Assembly (NCBI GenBank): GCA_039795775.1
Contig: JBDKLC010000003.1
Coordinates: 797 to 64,796, forward strand
DNA length: 64,000 bases
From: Candidatus Parcubacteria bacterium
Lineage (GTDB): Bacteria; Patescibacteriota; Minisyncoccia; Phycocordibacterales; CAIZLB01
Direction of reading: 5' to 3'
Below, piece by piece: positions 1 through 9,694 of this stretch. Below the pieces are notes generated by a model that saw only the letters and a program-made list of their open reading frames with translations, did no database searches and was not told where the DNA came from. Every line of letters begins with the position of its first letter. Position 1 is the stretch's first letter. The position numbers and the translations under genes are program-made.

Positions 1-2
1 AC

Positions 3-1244
3 ACAGCGCCTCGATCTACAGGTTTCTTTGGTCTTTTCAATAAAAAACAAAACGAACCACAAGCCACATCTACAATACAAACAATTACTCAGACAACCCC
101 AAACACTACTGTTATAGAGAAAATTCCTCGACTTCGAAAAATAACATCAGAACCCGTTGCTGGAGCAGACTATGTTATCAAAGATGTCATTGCTACTTCT
201 ACAGAAGCGGCGAGCACAACAGCAAAAAAAACACCTAAAGTTATAACAAAAAGAGAGGTTATTCGATGGATGGAGAGAGGAACTGGAAATATCTTTGAAA
301 CAGCGACATCAAGTCTTTCTAATGCTCGAATCTCAAATACAACTATTTCTCAAATTCAGGAGGCATATTTTACAGACAAAGGTGACACTGTTATTTATAG
401 AAAATTAGTATCCAATACAGACACAATCGAGACTCGATTTGGAAAAATGCAGCTCATAACCCCAACATCGACAATCCAATCACTTACAACCAGTGGTTTA
501 CCTATTAATATTTCATATCTTTCTCTTTCACCTGATAAAACAAAGATATTTGCAATAAATAATGACGGGGCACGAGGTGTTATCTCACGAACAGATGGAT
601 CAAGTAAAACAACTGTCTACGACTCAGTATATAAAGAATGGCTAACGGAATGGCCTACTTCAAATGGCATTATAATGACGACTAAGCCATCTGGAACAAC
701 AGAGGGGTATTCTTATCTATTTAACCCAGAAACACGTTCTTTCGTTAAAATATTGGGAAATAAGCTAGGTCTTACAACACTCGCATCTCCTGATACAAAT
801 AAAATACTCTTCTCTGAACTTGTTCAAGGGGCATATCAACTCAACACATTTGATAGAAAGACAAATAAAACAGTAAGCCTCTTCCTTAAGACATTCCCTG
901 AAAAATGCGTATGGAGTAAGCTCGAAAAAGACATTGTATTCTGTGCTGTACCAGAGAACATGCCGTACTCAACATATCCAGATACTTGGTATCAAGGAAG
1001 AATCGCTTTTGCTGACAATATCTGGAGAATTAACGCTAGTACAGGTGAAACCCGACAGATTCTCAAGTCTTTTGATGAAGCAGATGATGCTCTCGATATG
1101 ACTTACCTTACTCTTAGTGCAAAAGAAGACTCACTTCTCTTCCGAAATAAGAATGACCTCTCTCTCTGGAGTTATCAGATCAAACTACCAGAACCAAAAG
1201 CGGCTACAAGCACTTCAGCAACGACAACTACTCCAAAAAGATAA
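3..1244 (+). CDS. hypothetical protein, 5'-truncated by window edge (frame open from position 3; first Met at 270); Ser/Thr-rich, possibly a secreted beta-propeller-like protein
   Basis: Frame 3 is open from the first base of the window through the stop at 1244. No recognisable catalytic motif. Confidence 0.4.
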   Translation, partial: TAPRSTGFFGLFNKKQNEPQATSTIQTITQTTPNTTVIEKIPRLRKITSEPVAGADYVIKDVIATSTEAASTTAKKTPKVITKREVIRWMERGTGNIFETATSSLSNARISNTTISQIQEAYFTDKGDTVIYRKLVSNTDTIETRFGKMQLITPTSTIQSLTTSGLPINISYLSLSPDKTKIFAINNDGARGVISRTDGSSKTTVYDSVYKEWLTEWPTSNGIIMTTKPSGTTEGYSYLFNPETRSFVKILGNKLGLTTLASPDTNKILFSELVQGAYQLNTFDRKTNKTVSLFLKTFPEKCVWSKLEKDIVFCAVPENMPYSTYPDTWYQGRIAFADNIWRINASTGETRQILKSFDEADDALDMTYLTLSAKEDSLLFRNKNDLSLWSYQIKLPEPKAATSTSATTTTPKR

Positions 1245-1260
1245 AGAAAAAGTGCTTATA

Positions 1261-1992
1261 TTAAGCCTTCTTTTCAGCTTTAACTGTCTTTCGGAAGTAA
1301 AGTTCCTGACCAATAGTAAAGATGTTACTTGTGATCCAGTAAAGTGACACCGCACCTGATACACCAAGAGAGATAAAGAATACAAACACAGGCATGATAT
1401 ATCGCATCTGCATGTTCATACTCTTTGCGAGATCATCCTTGAATGATGGCTTATCTGAAGTAGGTACATGTGGAGGAATAGAAAGTCGAACAGAGATAAA
1501 CTGTGAAATACCAGCAAGAACGCCAAGAATAATACTCTTTTTACTCACATCAATGAGTCCAAGGAAGATTGTGTTGATAACATCTGGCTTTGGTACGAAT
1601 GAATACAAGAGATCAAGCTGAATGGCCGGAAAACCTCCACCGTAAAATATAAAGGCAAGTGCTAAAATGATAGGGAGTTGAATCAACACGAGGAGAATTC
1701 CGGCAAATGGGTTGAGATTGTTTGACCGGTAGAACTGCAAGATCTGCCGAGCCTGCTCTTCTTTATTATCTTTGTACTGATTTTGAATTCTATTGAGTTC
1801 TGGCTGAAGTTCTCGCATCTTTATCTGAGTTCGTACAGACCCTTTTGAAAGAGGGAGGAGAATAAGCTTCACAATACATGTAAAAATGATTACAGCGAAG
1901 CCAATATCTCCACCAGGGAGCTTATCAATAAGCAAAACAAGACCGTTATATAGTGGATCGTATACTACTGAATGAAAAAGTGATGAAATCAT
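1261..1992 (-). CDS. yidC: membrane protein insertase YidC/Oxa1 family (short form)
   Basis: 243 aa multi-TM protein in the canonical position after rnpA. Hydrophobic helices and a KEEQARQ coiled region are typical of short YidC. Confidence 0.75.
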   Translation of the reverse strand: MISSLFHSVVYDPLYNGLVLLIDKLPGGDIGFAVIIFTCIVKLILLPLSKGSVRTQIKMRELQPELNRIQNQYKDNKEEQARQILQFYRSNNLNPFAGILLVLIQLPIILALAFIFYGGGFPAIQLDLLYSFVPKPDVINTIFLGLIDVSKKSIILGVLAGISQFISVRLSIPPHVPTSDKPSFKDDLAKSMNMQMRYIMPVFVFFISLGVSGAVSLYWITSNIFTIGQELYFRKTVKAEKKA

Positions 1993-2019
1993 ATGTTGAT
2001 GTTTGTAATTGAGGCTAAA

Positions 2020-2382
2020 TTATACAGTAATTATGCCGTTTTTTGTTAATACTTGTTCCATTTCTTCCAAAAGGTCTGCAAAATCTCTCTGAATAATCGG
2101 TGGTCTGAACAAAAAGGCTATACTAAGCCCTTTTTCGAAAGGTTTCTTTCTTTGGAGCGCTGTGACTAACGCTCTGCCTGTTCTTTTTGCTTTATTACGT
2201 ACGACAGCTGTTTTAAAGAGCTTTTTTGGAGCAACATAGGCCACTTTTGATGGCTCAGTTGAGCTGTTTTTTAATAATTTAAGCAAAAAAGAGCCGGATT
2301 GAATGGCTCTTCCTTGTGACATTACCCGAGCTACCCCTTGGGTATCGAGTCTCTGTGCTTTTGTAGCAATGTCGGCTGACAT
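2020..2382 (-). CDS. rnpA: ribonuclease P protein component
   Basis: VVRNKAKRTGRA basic RNR motif, ~120 aa, located between rpmH and yidC. Confidence 0.8.
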   Translation of the reverse strand: MSADIATKAQRLDTQGVARVMSQGRAIQSGSFLLKLLKNSSTEPSKVAYVAPKKLFKTAVVRNKAKRTGRALVTALQRKKPFEKGLSIAFLFRPPIIQRDFADLLEEMEQVLTKNGIITV

Positions 2383-2403
2383 GACGGCGTAAATAAGGCA
2401 GTG

Positions 2404-2541
2404 TTAAACTGTACTTAACTTCTTTCGTCCTTTTTGTCGTCGAGTTTTAAGAACTCGCTTTCCTCCGTGTGTTTTAGACCGAGAGAGGAATCCGTGCTTC
2501 TTTGCTCGCTTTCGCTTCTTAGGTTGATATGTAATTGACAT
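2404..2541 (-). CDS. rpmH: 50S ribosomal protein L34
   Basis: Manual translation of the minus strand gives [45 protein letters not shown] (45 aa), a classic L34. It is absent from the ORF track because it is under 60 aa. Confidence 0.85.
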   Translation of the reverse strand: MSITYQPKKRKRAKKHGFLSRSKTHGGKRVLKTRRQKGRKKLSTV

Positions 2542-2594
2542 AGTGAAACTATATTAGCGTAAATTACAATTTTTATCAATGTTTTAGTCGTTTC

Positions 2595-2635
2595 TTCTTT
2601 TTATCCACACTTTCCACATGTTATCAACATAGTTA
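2595..2635. promoter_or_regulatory. DnaA-box cluster upstream of dnaA (perfect TTATCCACA at 2601-2609, TTTCCACAT 2611-2619, TTATCAACA 2621-2629)
   Basis: Exact 9-mer consensus plus two 1-2 mismatch boxes in tandem in the rpmH-dnaA intergenic region. Confidence 0.7.
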
Positions 2636-2688
2636 TAGAAGGACCGCAAGTTCTCTTAAAAATTTATGCAGATTATAATGTTCTCAAC

Positions 2689-4023
2689 ATGGACAGCAAA
2701 AAATTGTGGGACACAGTATTGGTTCAGATGGAACTCGAAGTATCTCGAGCAAATTTCAATACCTGGTTTAAAGATACCTACATTCAAAAATTGGATGGGG
2801 GAGTAGTTTATCTCGCCGTACCGAGTACATTCGTCAAAGATTGGCTCTCAACAAAGTTCCACAAGTCTATTCTTCAAGCTCTTCGTAACGTAGCAGAAGG
2901 AGTTCGAGCTCTTGAGTATGTTATATCTCAACAAAATAAGAAAAAAGAAGATATCGTCGTAGATATTCCAACATCAAACAAAGAACTTCCCCTCACAGCA
3001 CTCTTCATCAACCCAGAAGACAACCTCAACCCACGATATACATTCGAAACTATCGTTGTAGGTCCTTTCAACGAGCTTGCATACGCAGCAGCACAAGCTA
3101 TCTTGAAGAAACCAGTAGCGTACAACCCTCTTTTCTTCTACGGCAATACAGGCCTTGGTAAAACTCACCTTATGCAGGCAGTAGGGAACTATCACAAGAA
3201 CCACAACAAGGAGAAAAAGATCCACTATGTGACATCTGAGAAGTTTACTATCGACTACATCAACGCAGTTCAGGCAAACAAAGTGAATCACTTCAAAGAA
3301 AAGTATCGAAAATACGATATTTTCATCATGGATGACATCCAGTTCCTTTCAAATAAGGAAAAAACTCAAGAAGAACTCTTCCATTTGTTCAACTATCTTT
3401 ACGATAACAACAAACAGATCATCTTTTCTTCAGATGTACACCCAAACTACCTCCAAAACCTCGAAGATCGTCTCAAATCTCGATTTATGCAGGGTATGAT
3501 TGTTGATATTTCACCTGTAGATGTAGAATCTCGAATCGCTATTCTCCAAGCCAAGTCAAAACTCAACAACTTCGACCTTTCTCAAGAGGTGGGGTACTTT
3601 CTTGCGTCTACAGTAGAAGGAAGTATTCGAGAACTTGAAGGAGTACTCAATACTATTGTCTGCCAGACACAACTTAAAGGAAAAGATCTCAGTGTTGCAG
3701 AAGTAAAACAACTCACAAAGAATTCAGCTAAACCTCACAAGAACGTTTCTGTGAAAGATGTAGTAAAAGCTGTGGCTTCTTTCTACAATATCGACGAAGC
3801 AAGTATTTACGACAAAACACGACGACAGGAAGTAGTAAAACCTCGACAACTTACTATGTATATCCTTCGAGAGGACTTCAATGTTTCTTTCCCTTCTATC
3901 GGACAAAAACTCGGTGGCCGAGATCATACGACTGTTATTCACTCTTGTGAAAAGATCAAAAATGAGATAAAGAACAACAGTGAGTTGATAGGAGAAATAA
4001 ACCAGATTAGAGCTTTGATATAA
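2689..4023 (+). CDS. dnaA: chromosomal replication initiator DnaA
   Basis: Walker A GNTGLGKTHL, AAA+ sensor motifs and the C-terminal DNA-binding domain (..HTTVIHSCEKI..). Confidence 0.95.
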   Translation: MDSKKLWDTVLVQMELEVSRANFNTWFKDTYIQKLDGGVVYLAVPSTFVKDWLSTKFHKSILQALRNVAEGVRALEYVISQQNKKKEDIVVDIPTSNKELPLTALFINPEDNLNPRYTFETIVVGPFNELAYAAAQAILKKPVAYNPLFFYGNTGLGKTHLMQAVGNYHKNHNKEKKIHYVTSEKFTIDYINAVQANKVNHFKEKYRKYDIFIMDDIQFLSNKEKTQEELFHLFNYLYDNNKQIIFSSDVHPNYLQNLEDRLKSRFMQGMIVDISPVDVESRIAILQAKSKLNNFDLSQEVGYFLASTVEGSIRELEGVLNTIVCQTQLKGKDLSVAEVKQLTKNSAKPHKNVSVKDVVKAVASFYNIDEASIYDKTRRQEVVKPRQLTMYILREDFNVSFPSIGQKLGGRDHTTVIHSCEKIKNEIKNNSELIGEINQIRALI

Positions 4024-4311
4024 AGGACTGTGGAAAACTCTGTGGATATGTGTGTAAAACCTTGGGATATCTATCTAACAAGATAGGGATATCCTAGGGA
4101 TAGTGTGGGTAAATAGTGTTGAAAAATAAGGGGTTATACACACCCCACCACTTATCCCCATATCTGACTCACTCTTCACCCACAGATTGTTTACGGATAA
4201 AATAGAGAAAACCCTTTATTCCATAAGGATATAAAAAGTATTCCACATATCCACAGGCCTAATAGTAGTAATGCGGCGGTTTTAAATAAAAAATTAATTA
4301 ATTATAAAGAT
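4024..4311. promoter_or_regulatory. oriC-like region between dnaA and dnaN with several DnaA-box variants and an AT-rich unwinding element
   Basis: Box variants: TGTGGAAAA (4029-4037, rc TTTTCCACA), TGTGGATAT (4041-4049, rc ATATCCACA), TTATCCCCA (4152-4160), TATCCACAG (4247-4255). The AT-rich stretch lies at 4271-4310. Confidence 0.65.
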
Positions 4312-5412
4312 ATGAAAGCTGAATGTGTTCGAGAAAAATTGGCAGAGGCTGTCCACAAAGCAGAAAAGATAACCAGTAAGAATGCAACGCTTCCTGTCTT
4401 AAAGTGTGTCCTTATAGAAGCTACATCAGAAGGTCTTATTGTCCGATCAACTAATCTTGACCTTGGTATTGAATTGTTTGTTCCTGCAAAGGTTCACGAA
4501 CAAGGTTCTGTCGCTATTCCTGGAAGTACTCTCAATAGCTTCCTTTCAAATCTTTCAAACGAAAAAGGCGTTACCCTCGAAATGAAAGAAGGTAATATGT
4601 ACGTTTCTACATCTCGAACAAGTACTACTATTAAGGCCTTCCCACTTGAAGACTATCCATCTATTCCTAAAGTTGATACTGAGTCTGGTTTTAAGATGCC
4701 CTCAGATGCCTTTATTCGAGGTTTAAAGAGCGTTTGGTATAGTTCTGCGACATCTAGTATAAAACCCGAACTTTCGAGTGTGAGAGTGTATCCTGATGAA
4801 GAACACCTCGTCTTTGTTGCAACAGATGGTTTCCGTCTCGCCGAAAAGAAAGTAAAGGTAAAACAACTCCCAGAATTCAACCATATTCTCATCCCCGTAA
4901 AGAATGCTGTAGAAATAATTCGAGTTTTTGAAGGTATAAATGCTGATATTGCTATTTCTATCGAACAAAATCAGCTTGCACTCTCTTGTGATGGTATTTA
5001 CCTTGTTTCTCGAACAGTAGAAGGTAACTTCCCAGACTATAAGGCAATTATTCCAAAAGAATTTACTACTGAAGTGATCCTTTTGAAGCAAGACCTCGTA
5101 AATACCCTTAAATTGAGCACTATTTTTAGTGATTCATTCAACCACATCAAGTTTTTGGTTCATCCAATCTCTAAAGAGATCGAATTAATCACAAAAAACA
5201 CAGAAGTTGGTGAAAACGCCTCAAAACTTACCGGTGCAATAACTGGTGACAGTCTTGATATCAACTTCAATTACAAATACATTACAGACTCATTCCAAGC
5301 CGTAGATGCAGATAGTCTTAGTTTCTCATTTAGTGGGGGTAACAAGCCTCTTATTGTGAAAGGTGTGAGTGACAAGAGTTTTCTCTATCTTGTGATGCCA
5401 ATGAATAGATAA
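4312..5412 (+). CDS. dnaN: DNA polymerase III beta sliding clamp
   Basis: 366 aa immediately downstream of dnaA, with a three-domain clamp pattern and a PLEDYP motif. Confidence 0.9.
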   Translation: MKAECVREKLAEAVHKAEKITSKNATLPVLKCVLIEATSEGLIVRSTNLDLGIELFVPAKVHEQGSVAIPGSTLNSFLSNLSNEKGVTLEMKEGNMYVSTSRTSTTIKAFPLEDYPSIPKVDTESGFKMPSDAFIRGLKSVWYSSATSSIKPELSSVRVYPDEEHLVFVATDGFRLAEKKVKVKQLPEFNHILIPVKNAVEIIRVFEGINADIAISIEQNQLALSCDGIYLVSRTVEGNFPDYKAIIPKEFTTEVILLKQDLVNTLKLSTIFSDSFNHIKFLVHPISKEIELITKNTEVGENASKLTGAITGDSLDINFNYKYITDSFQAVDADSLSFSFSGGNKPLIVKGVSDKSFLYLVMPMNR

Positions 5413-5429
5413 AGGTGTAGTATTAGGCC

Positions 5430-5690
5430 ATGCAGACGCTTGCCGATCTCCTCAAAAAGTTTAAAGAAATGCGCGATCCTGCGGAGGATAAGGGTATTAT
5501 TCAAAATTTGATTAAAGAAGTTTCAGGGGCAACAGTTCCCGTAGCAGACATTACCTTAAGAAATAATAAAATTATTCTAAACACACACCCAGCCCTTAGA
5601 AGCGTTGTTTATACTAGAAAAAAAGAAATTCTTGAAAAGATTCAATCTCATGAAGAATTGAAAAACCGCCAGTTCACAGATATTGTGTAG
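5430..5690 (+). CDS. small protein, DUF721 / DciA-like (putative replicative-helicase operator)
   Basis: 86 aa immediately after dnaN. C-terminal pattern V.V.DITLRNNKIILNT..ALRSVVYTRKKEIL resembles DUF721. Weak manual call. Confidence 0.35.
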   Translation: MQTLADLLKKFKEMRDPAEDKGIIQNLIKEVSGATVPVADITLRNNKIILNTHPALRSVVYTRKKEILEKIQSHEELKNRQFTDIV

Positions 5691-5702
5691 GCGGTTTTTC
5701 TT
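5661..5702 (+). terminator. rho-independent terminator (AAAACCGCC...GGCGGTTTTTC)
   Basis: GC stem followed by a T-run directly after the stop of the 5430 ORF. Confidence 0.6.
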
Positions 5703-5721
5703 TATCAGAATTTATAGGTAA

Positions 5722-8268
5722 CTATTGAGAATTTGTTTGGTTTGGATTTGTTGATGTTCCTGTTGGATTTCCCGTTGGAACTGTTGCTGTGAAGTTTATA
5801 CCTGATTCATATCTCAGTCCTTTTGTATCTATACCAATAGCTCTAAGAACGTTTTGTGTTGATACACCGGGAGTATCAGCAGGTATGAATGAGAAAGAGA
5901 AGGGAGCTTGTGATGATGTACCAATCATGTTTCCGTTGATATAGAACTCAACACGGCTCAACGTTGATGGAGCGTTTGCAATACTTATTGTTACTCGATC
6001 GCCACGTCGTATTGATGAACCTTTTGTAGGGTAGGCGATAGAGAAACCACTTGTCCCACCCGTACCAGGTATTTGAATTACTGTAGATGTACCAACTGCA
6101 TTCTGGATAAGTGCAGCCGCAGCAGGACTACCAGCCCAATTGAGTACACCATATTCCCAAAGTCTAAACTGTACATCTGCAGATGGATTAGTTGGAGGAT
6201 TTCCTTTTGTATTACTTTTATCAATCCAATAGAGTTCAGAGTGAACTTCGCCATTTGCACCATACCATTTTCCATTGAGATATGGATTTACATCTGTTGG
6301 ATTTTTATCTGGAGCTTCAAATTTTTCTTCAGGATATTTTTCAAGAATATAATCCATAAATTCTTTCCACATTGGTGCTACTATTCGAGCTGACGCAAGT
6401 TGGGCCATCGGTTTGTTGTTGTTGTTTCCCATCCATGCACCCACAGAAATGCTCGGTGTGTAACCAAGAATCCATGCATCGCGTGAGTTGTTTGTTGTAC
6501 CTGTTTTGATAGCAACTTCTCTGTCGCCAGTATATCGAAGTGTAAAGATTGTGTTTCGAGCGTAGATATCTGACAACACATCATTCATAAGTCTGGCAGA
6601 TTGAGTAGGGAGTACTTGTACAGAAGATGTGGCGAATTCTTCAAGTACTTCACCTTTACTTGTTTCTACTTTGAGGATCCCTGTATTTTTGTTTCTGTAC
6701 CCATCATTTGCGAATACACCATATGCTCCAGTCATATCAAGGAGTGAAACTTCACCACCTCCAAGAACAAGAGTGAGACCATACTGATTTGCGTTTGTAA
6801 GACTTTCAATTCCCATTGCTCGTGCTGTTCGAATAGCATTATCGATTCCTACGAGATAAAGCATTTTTACAGCAGGTACGTTTCGAGATTCTGCGAGAGC
6901 TTTTCGAATACTCATAGGTCCTTTGAAACCACCTTCGTAGTTCTGTGGACTATAACATCGTGCTCCTGTAGCTGGTTCTGCACCTGTAACACTACAAGAT
7001 GTGTTGAATTCAGTCGCAACATCGAAGAGAACTGTTTCTGGTGTGTATCCCAAATTGAAACCTGTAGCATATACGAATGGTTTGAAAGATGAACCCGGCT
7101 GTCTGTGTGCTGTTGTCACATTGAAGTTACCCTGAATTTCTGTGTCAAAATAATCTCGAGAACCTACCATTACAAGAATTTGTCCTGTCTTTGGATCAAC
7201 TGCTGAGAGAGCTCCGTTGTCTGCTTTGAATGTTTTTTCATTCTTTGTTACATAATTCTTTACAACTTCTTCAGCTTTCTTTTGAAGATCATAATCAAGA
7301 GATGTAATTACTTTAAAGCCACCAGTTTGAAGCATTCGTTCGCCATATTTTTCTTCAAGATAATCTTTGATGTACATCACAAAATGAGGTGCTTTGATAC
7401 TTCCAACAGATCGAGGTTGAAATGTAACTTCTTCTTTGAGAGCTGTATTGTATTGTTCTTCAGTAATATATTTGTACTCAAACATTTTTTTAAGTACAAG
7501 ATTCTTTCGGTCAACTAAATCTGAAACGTGTTTTCCGTAAGGGGAGTAATAAGAAGGGGCTTGAGGAATAGCGGCTAGATATGCAGATTCTGCGAGTGTG
7601 AGATCCGCAGATTTTTTTGCAAAGAAAAGAGAACTTGCTTCTTCGACACCATAAATATTTCCACCGTAAGGTGAGTCATTAAGATAGAGATTAAGAATTT
7701 CATCTTTTTCAACAACCTGCTCGAGTTTGATGGCAAGAATCCACTCTTTTAATTTTCGAGAAATTCTTTTGTCTGTTGTGAGAAGTGAGTTTTTTACAAC
7801 TTGCTGTGTGATTGTTGATCCACCTTGACTAAACTTGAGAGTAAAAAGGTTTGCAAGAATCGCTCGGGCAATTGATTTTGGTTTAATGCCTTTGTGCTGA
7901 TAGAAATCAGCATCTTCAATTGAAATAGTTGCTTGTTTGACGAAAGGAGAAATTTTGTCGAAAGATACAGTGGTTCGTCGTACCTTTTGACTCAAATCGT
8001 ACAAAAGAACAGTTCCTGTACGGTCATAAATTTTTGCAGATTGACCGAGAAGTCTGTCATCAAATGAGTTGAGGTCTGGTGTTTTTAATGTTACTGCCCA
8101 CAAAAGTAAAGCAGAGAAAAGAAATACACCACCAACAACACAAATAAGAACAGTATCCCTGATAATGAGTTTTCGTTCTTTGGGATTCCGCAAACCAGCC
8201 ATAATTCTCTTAAAAATTCGGAAAATCCAGTTCCCAATACCGTCCACTTTTTGAATGAACCACTTCAT
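5722..8268 (-). CDS. mrcA: class A penicillin-binding protein (transglycosylase + transpeptidase) with a ~200 aa Thr/Gly/Pro-rich C-terminal extension
   Basis: GT51 motifs EDADFYQHKG and GGSTITQQ, transpeptidase SxxK/SxN/KTG motifs, and an N-terminal TM anchor. Confidence 0.9.
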   Translation of the reverse strand: MKWFIQKVDGIGNWIFRIFKRIMAGLRNPKERKLIIRDTVLICVVGGVFLFSALLLWAVTLKTPDLNSFDDRLLGQSAKIYDRTGTVLLYDLSQKVRRTTVSFDKISPFVKQATISIEDADFYQHKGIKPKSIARAILANLFTLKFSQGGSTITQQVVKNSLLTTDKRISRKLKEWILAIKLEQVVEKDEILNLYLNDSPYGGNIYGVEEASSLFFAKKSADLTLAESAYLAAIPQAPSYYSPYGKHVSDLVDRKNLVLKKMFEYKYITEEQYNTALKEEVTFQPRSVGSIKAPHFVMYIKDYLEEKYGERMLQTGGFKVITSLDYDLQKKAEEVVKNYVTKNEKTFKADNGALSAVDPKTGQILVMVGSRDYFDTEIQGNFNVTTAHRQPGSSFKPFVYATGFNLGYTPETVLFDVATEFNTSCSVTGAEPATGARCYSPQNYEGGFKGPMSIRKALAESRNVPAVKMLYLVGIDNAIRTARAMGIESLTNANQYGLTLVLGGGEVSLLDMTGAYGVFANDGYRNKNTGILKVETSKGEVLEEFATSSVQVLPTQSARLMNDVLSDIYARNTIFTLRYTGDREVAIKTGTTNNSRDAWILGYTPSISVGAWMGNNNNKPMAQLASARIVAPMWKEFMDYILEKYPEEKFEAPDKNPTDVNPYLNGKWYGANGEVHSELYWIDKSNTKGNPPTNPSADVQFRLWEYGVLNWAGSPAAAALIQNAVGTSTVIQIPGTGGTSGFSIAYPTKGSSIRRGDRVTISIANAPSTLSRVEFYINGNMIGTSSQAPFSFSFIPADTPGVSTQNVLRAIGIDTKGLRYESGINFTATVPTGNPTGTSTNPNQTNSQ

Positions 8269-8392
8269 ACGTAGATTATTTAATTTAATTATCCTTACTT
8301 AGCCCAATCGTAGCACATAAATCATTCGCAAAGTAGCAAGCTGTTCAGTACATTTAAGGCTTATTTATAGGCACATAACATACCAAAAAAGG

Positions 8393-9610
8393 ATGAAATA
8401 TGGTAAATTGATAATTATGAATACAGAAATAGAGAAACTCCTCAAACGTGGTGTTGAAGAAATCTTCCCATCGTCTGATTTTCTTAAATCTCGGCTCGAA
8501 AAAGGCGAAAAACTTAAGATTTTTGCTGGAATCGACCCAACTGGCCCAACATTACACATTGGACATGCAATTGTCCTCCAAAAACTAAAGCAATTTCAAG
8601 ATCTTGGCCATGAGATTGTGCTTCTTATTGGTGATTTTACCGCTCAGATTGGTGACCCTACTGATAAAATGGCCACTCGAAAGGTTCTTACGGAGGCTGA
8701 TATTAAGAAGAATATGAAGCTTTATAAGGCTCAAGCTAGCCATTTTTTGCGATTTTCAGGTAAAAATAAGGCCGGTATCGTATATAACTCAGATTGGCTC
8801 AAAAAGCTCAAATTGAAGGATGTTATCGACCTCACATCTCTTATGACTGTAGAGCAGATGATGAAGCGAGATATGTTTGCTCGTCGAACAGAAGAGGGTA
8901 AGCCTGTATTTATCCATGAATTCTTGTACCCAATCATGCAGGGGTATGACAGTGTGGTTCTTAATGTTGATGTTGAAGTTGGTGGTAACGACCAAATGTT
9001 CAATATGCTTGTAGGCCGAGATTTCCAGAAAAAACTCCAAAACAAAGAAAAAGTAGCTATCACTATGAAGCTCCTTGCTGATGCTAACGGTAAAAAGATG
9101 GGCAAAACAGAAAACAACATGGTTTCACTCAATGATGAACCTGTAGATATGTTTGGAAAAATCATGAGTTGGACAGACGGCATGATCCTTCCTGGATATG
9201 AACTCTGCACAGATGTATCTGATGCAGACATTGAGTCTATCTCAAACGACCTTAAGGATTCATCAAAAAATCCTCGAGATATTAAGCTGCGACTAGCAAA
9301 GACTGTAGTAGCTCGCTACTTTGGAGAAAAGAAAGCTGAAGAATCTGAAACACAATTTATAAATACATTTAAGAAAGGAGAAATTCCTGAAGACATCCAA
9401 GAGGTAGTTGTTACAGCAGGGGAGCAACTCTCAAAAATACTTGTCGATCAAAAGATTGTTGGATCAGTAGGTGAATTCAAACGATTGGTAGGCGAAGGAG
9501 CGGTTGCGACATCAGGGGGTATTAAGGTAGAAGAATTTAATTTTCCAGTCACACAAAGCGTCACAATGAAAGTTGGAAAACGAAGATTCATTAAAATTAT
9601 CGTGAAATAA
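8393..9610 (+). CDS. tyrS: tyrosyl-tRNA synthetase (alternative start at 8417)
   Basis: HIGH motif (LHIGHAI), KMGKT (KMSKS-type) motif, and a C-terminal S4-like domain. Confidence 0.85.
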   Translation: MKYGKLIIMNTEIEKLLKRGVEEIFPSSDFLKSRLEKGEKLKIFAGIDPTGPTLHIGHAIVLQKLKQFQDLGHEIVLLIGDFTAQIGDPTDKMATRKVLTEADIKKNMKLYKAQASHFLRFSGKNKAGIVYNSDWLKKLKLKDVIDLTSLMTVEQMMKRDMFARRTEEGKPVFIHEFLYPIMQGYDSVVLNVDVEVGGNDQMFNMLVGRDFQKKLQNKEKVAITMKLLADANGKKMGKTENNMVSLNDEPVDMFGKIMSWTDGMILPGYELCTDVSDADIESISNDLKDSSKNPRDIKLRLAKTVVARYFGEKKAEESETQFINTFKKGEIPEDIQEVVVTAGEQLSKILVDQKIVGSVGEFKRLVGEGAVATSGGIKVEEFNFPVTQSVTMKVGKRRFIKIIVK

Positions 9611-9637
9611 TTCTGAAGAAAAGATAGATAATAAAGA

Positions 9638-9668
9638 AAAAAATCCCTCATGAGGGATTTTTTTCTTT
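9638..9668. terminator. bidirectional rho-independent terminator (AAATCCCTCATGAGGGATTTTTT)
   Basis: Perfect hairpin flanked by A-run and T-run between convergent tyrS and the 9695 ORF. Confidence 0.7.
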
Positions 9669-9694
9669 AAGAACTTTAATGATTAGGTAGGAGA

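Noticed and set aside
2928-3291. Antisense ORFs within dnaA (likewise inside polA at 17348-18726, hsdR, hsdM and others)
   Set aside because: Shadow ORFs on the opposite strand of well-supported genes.
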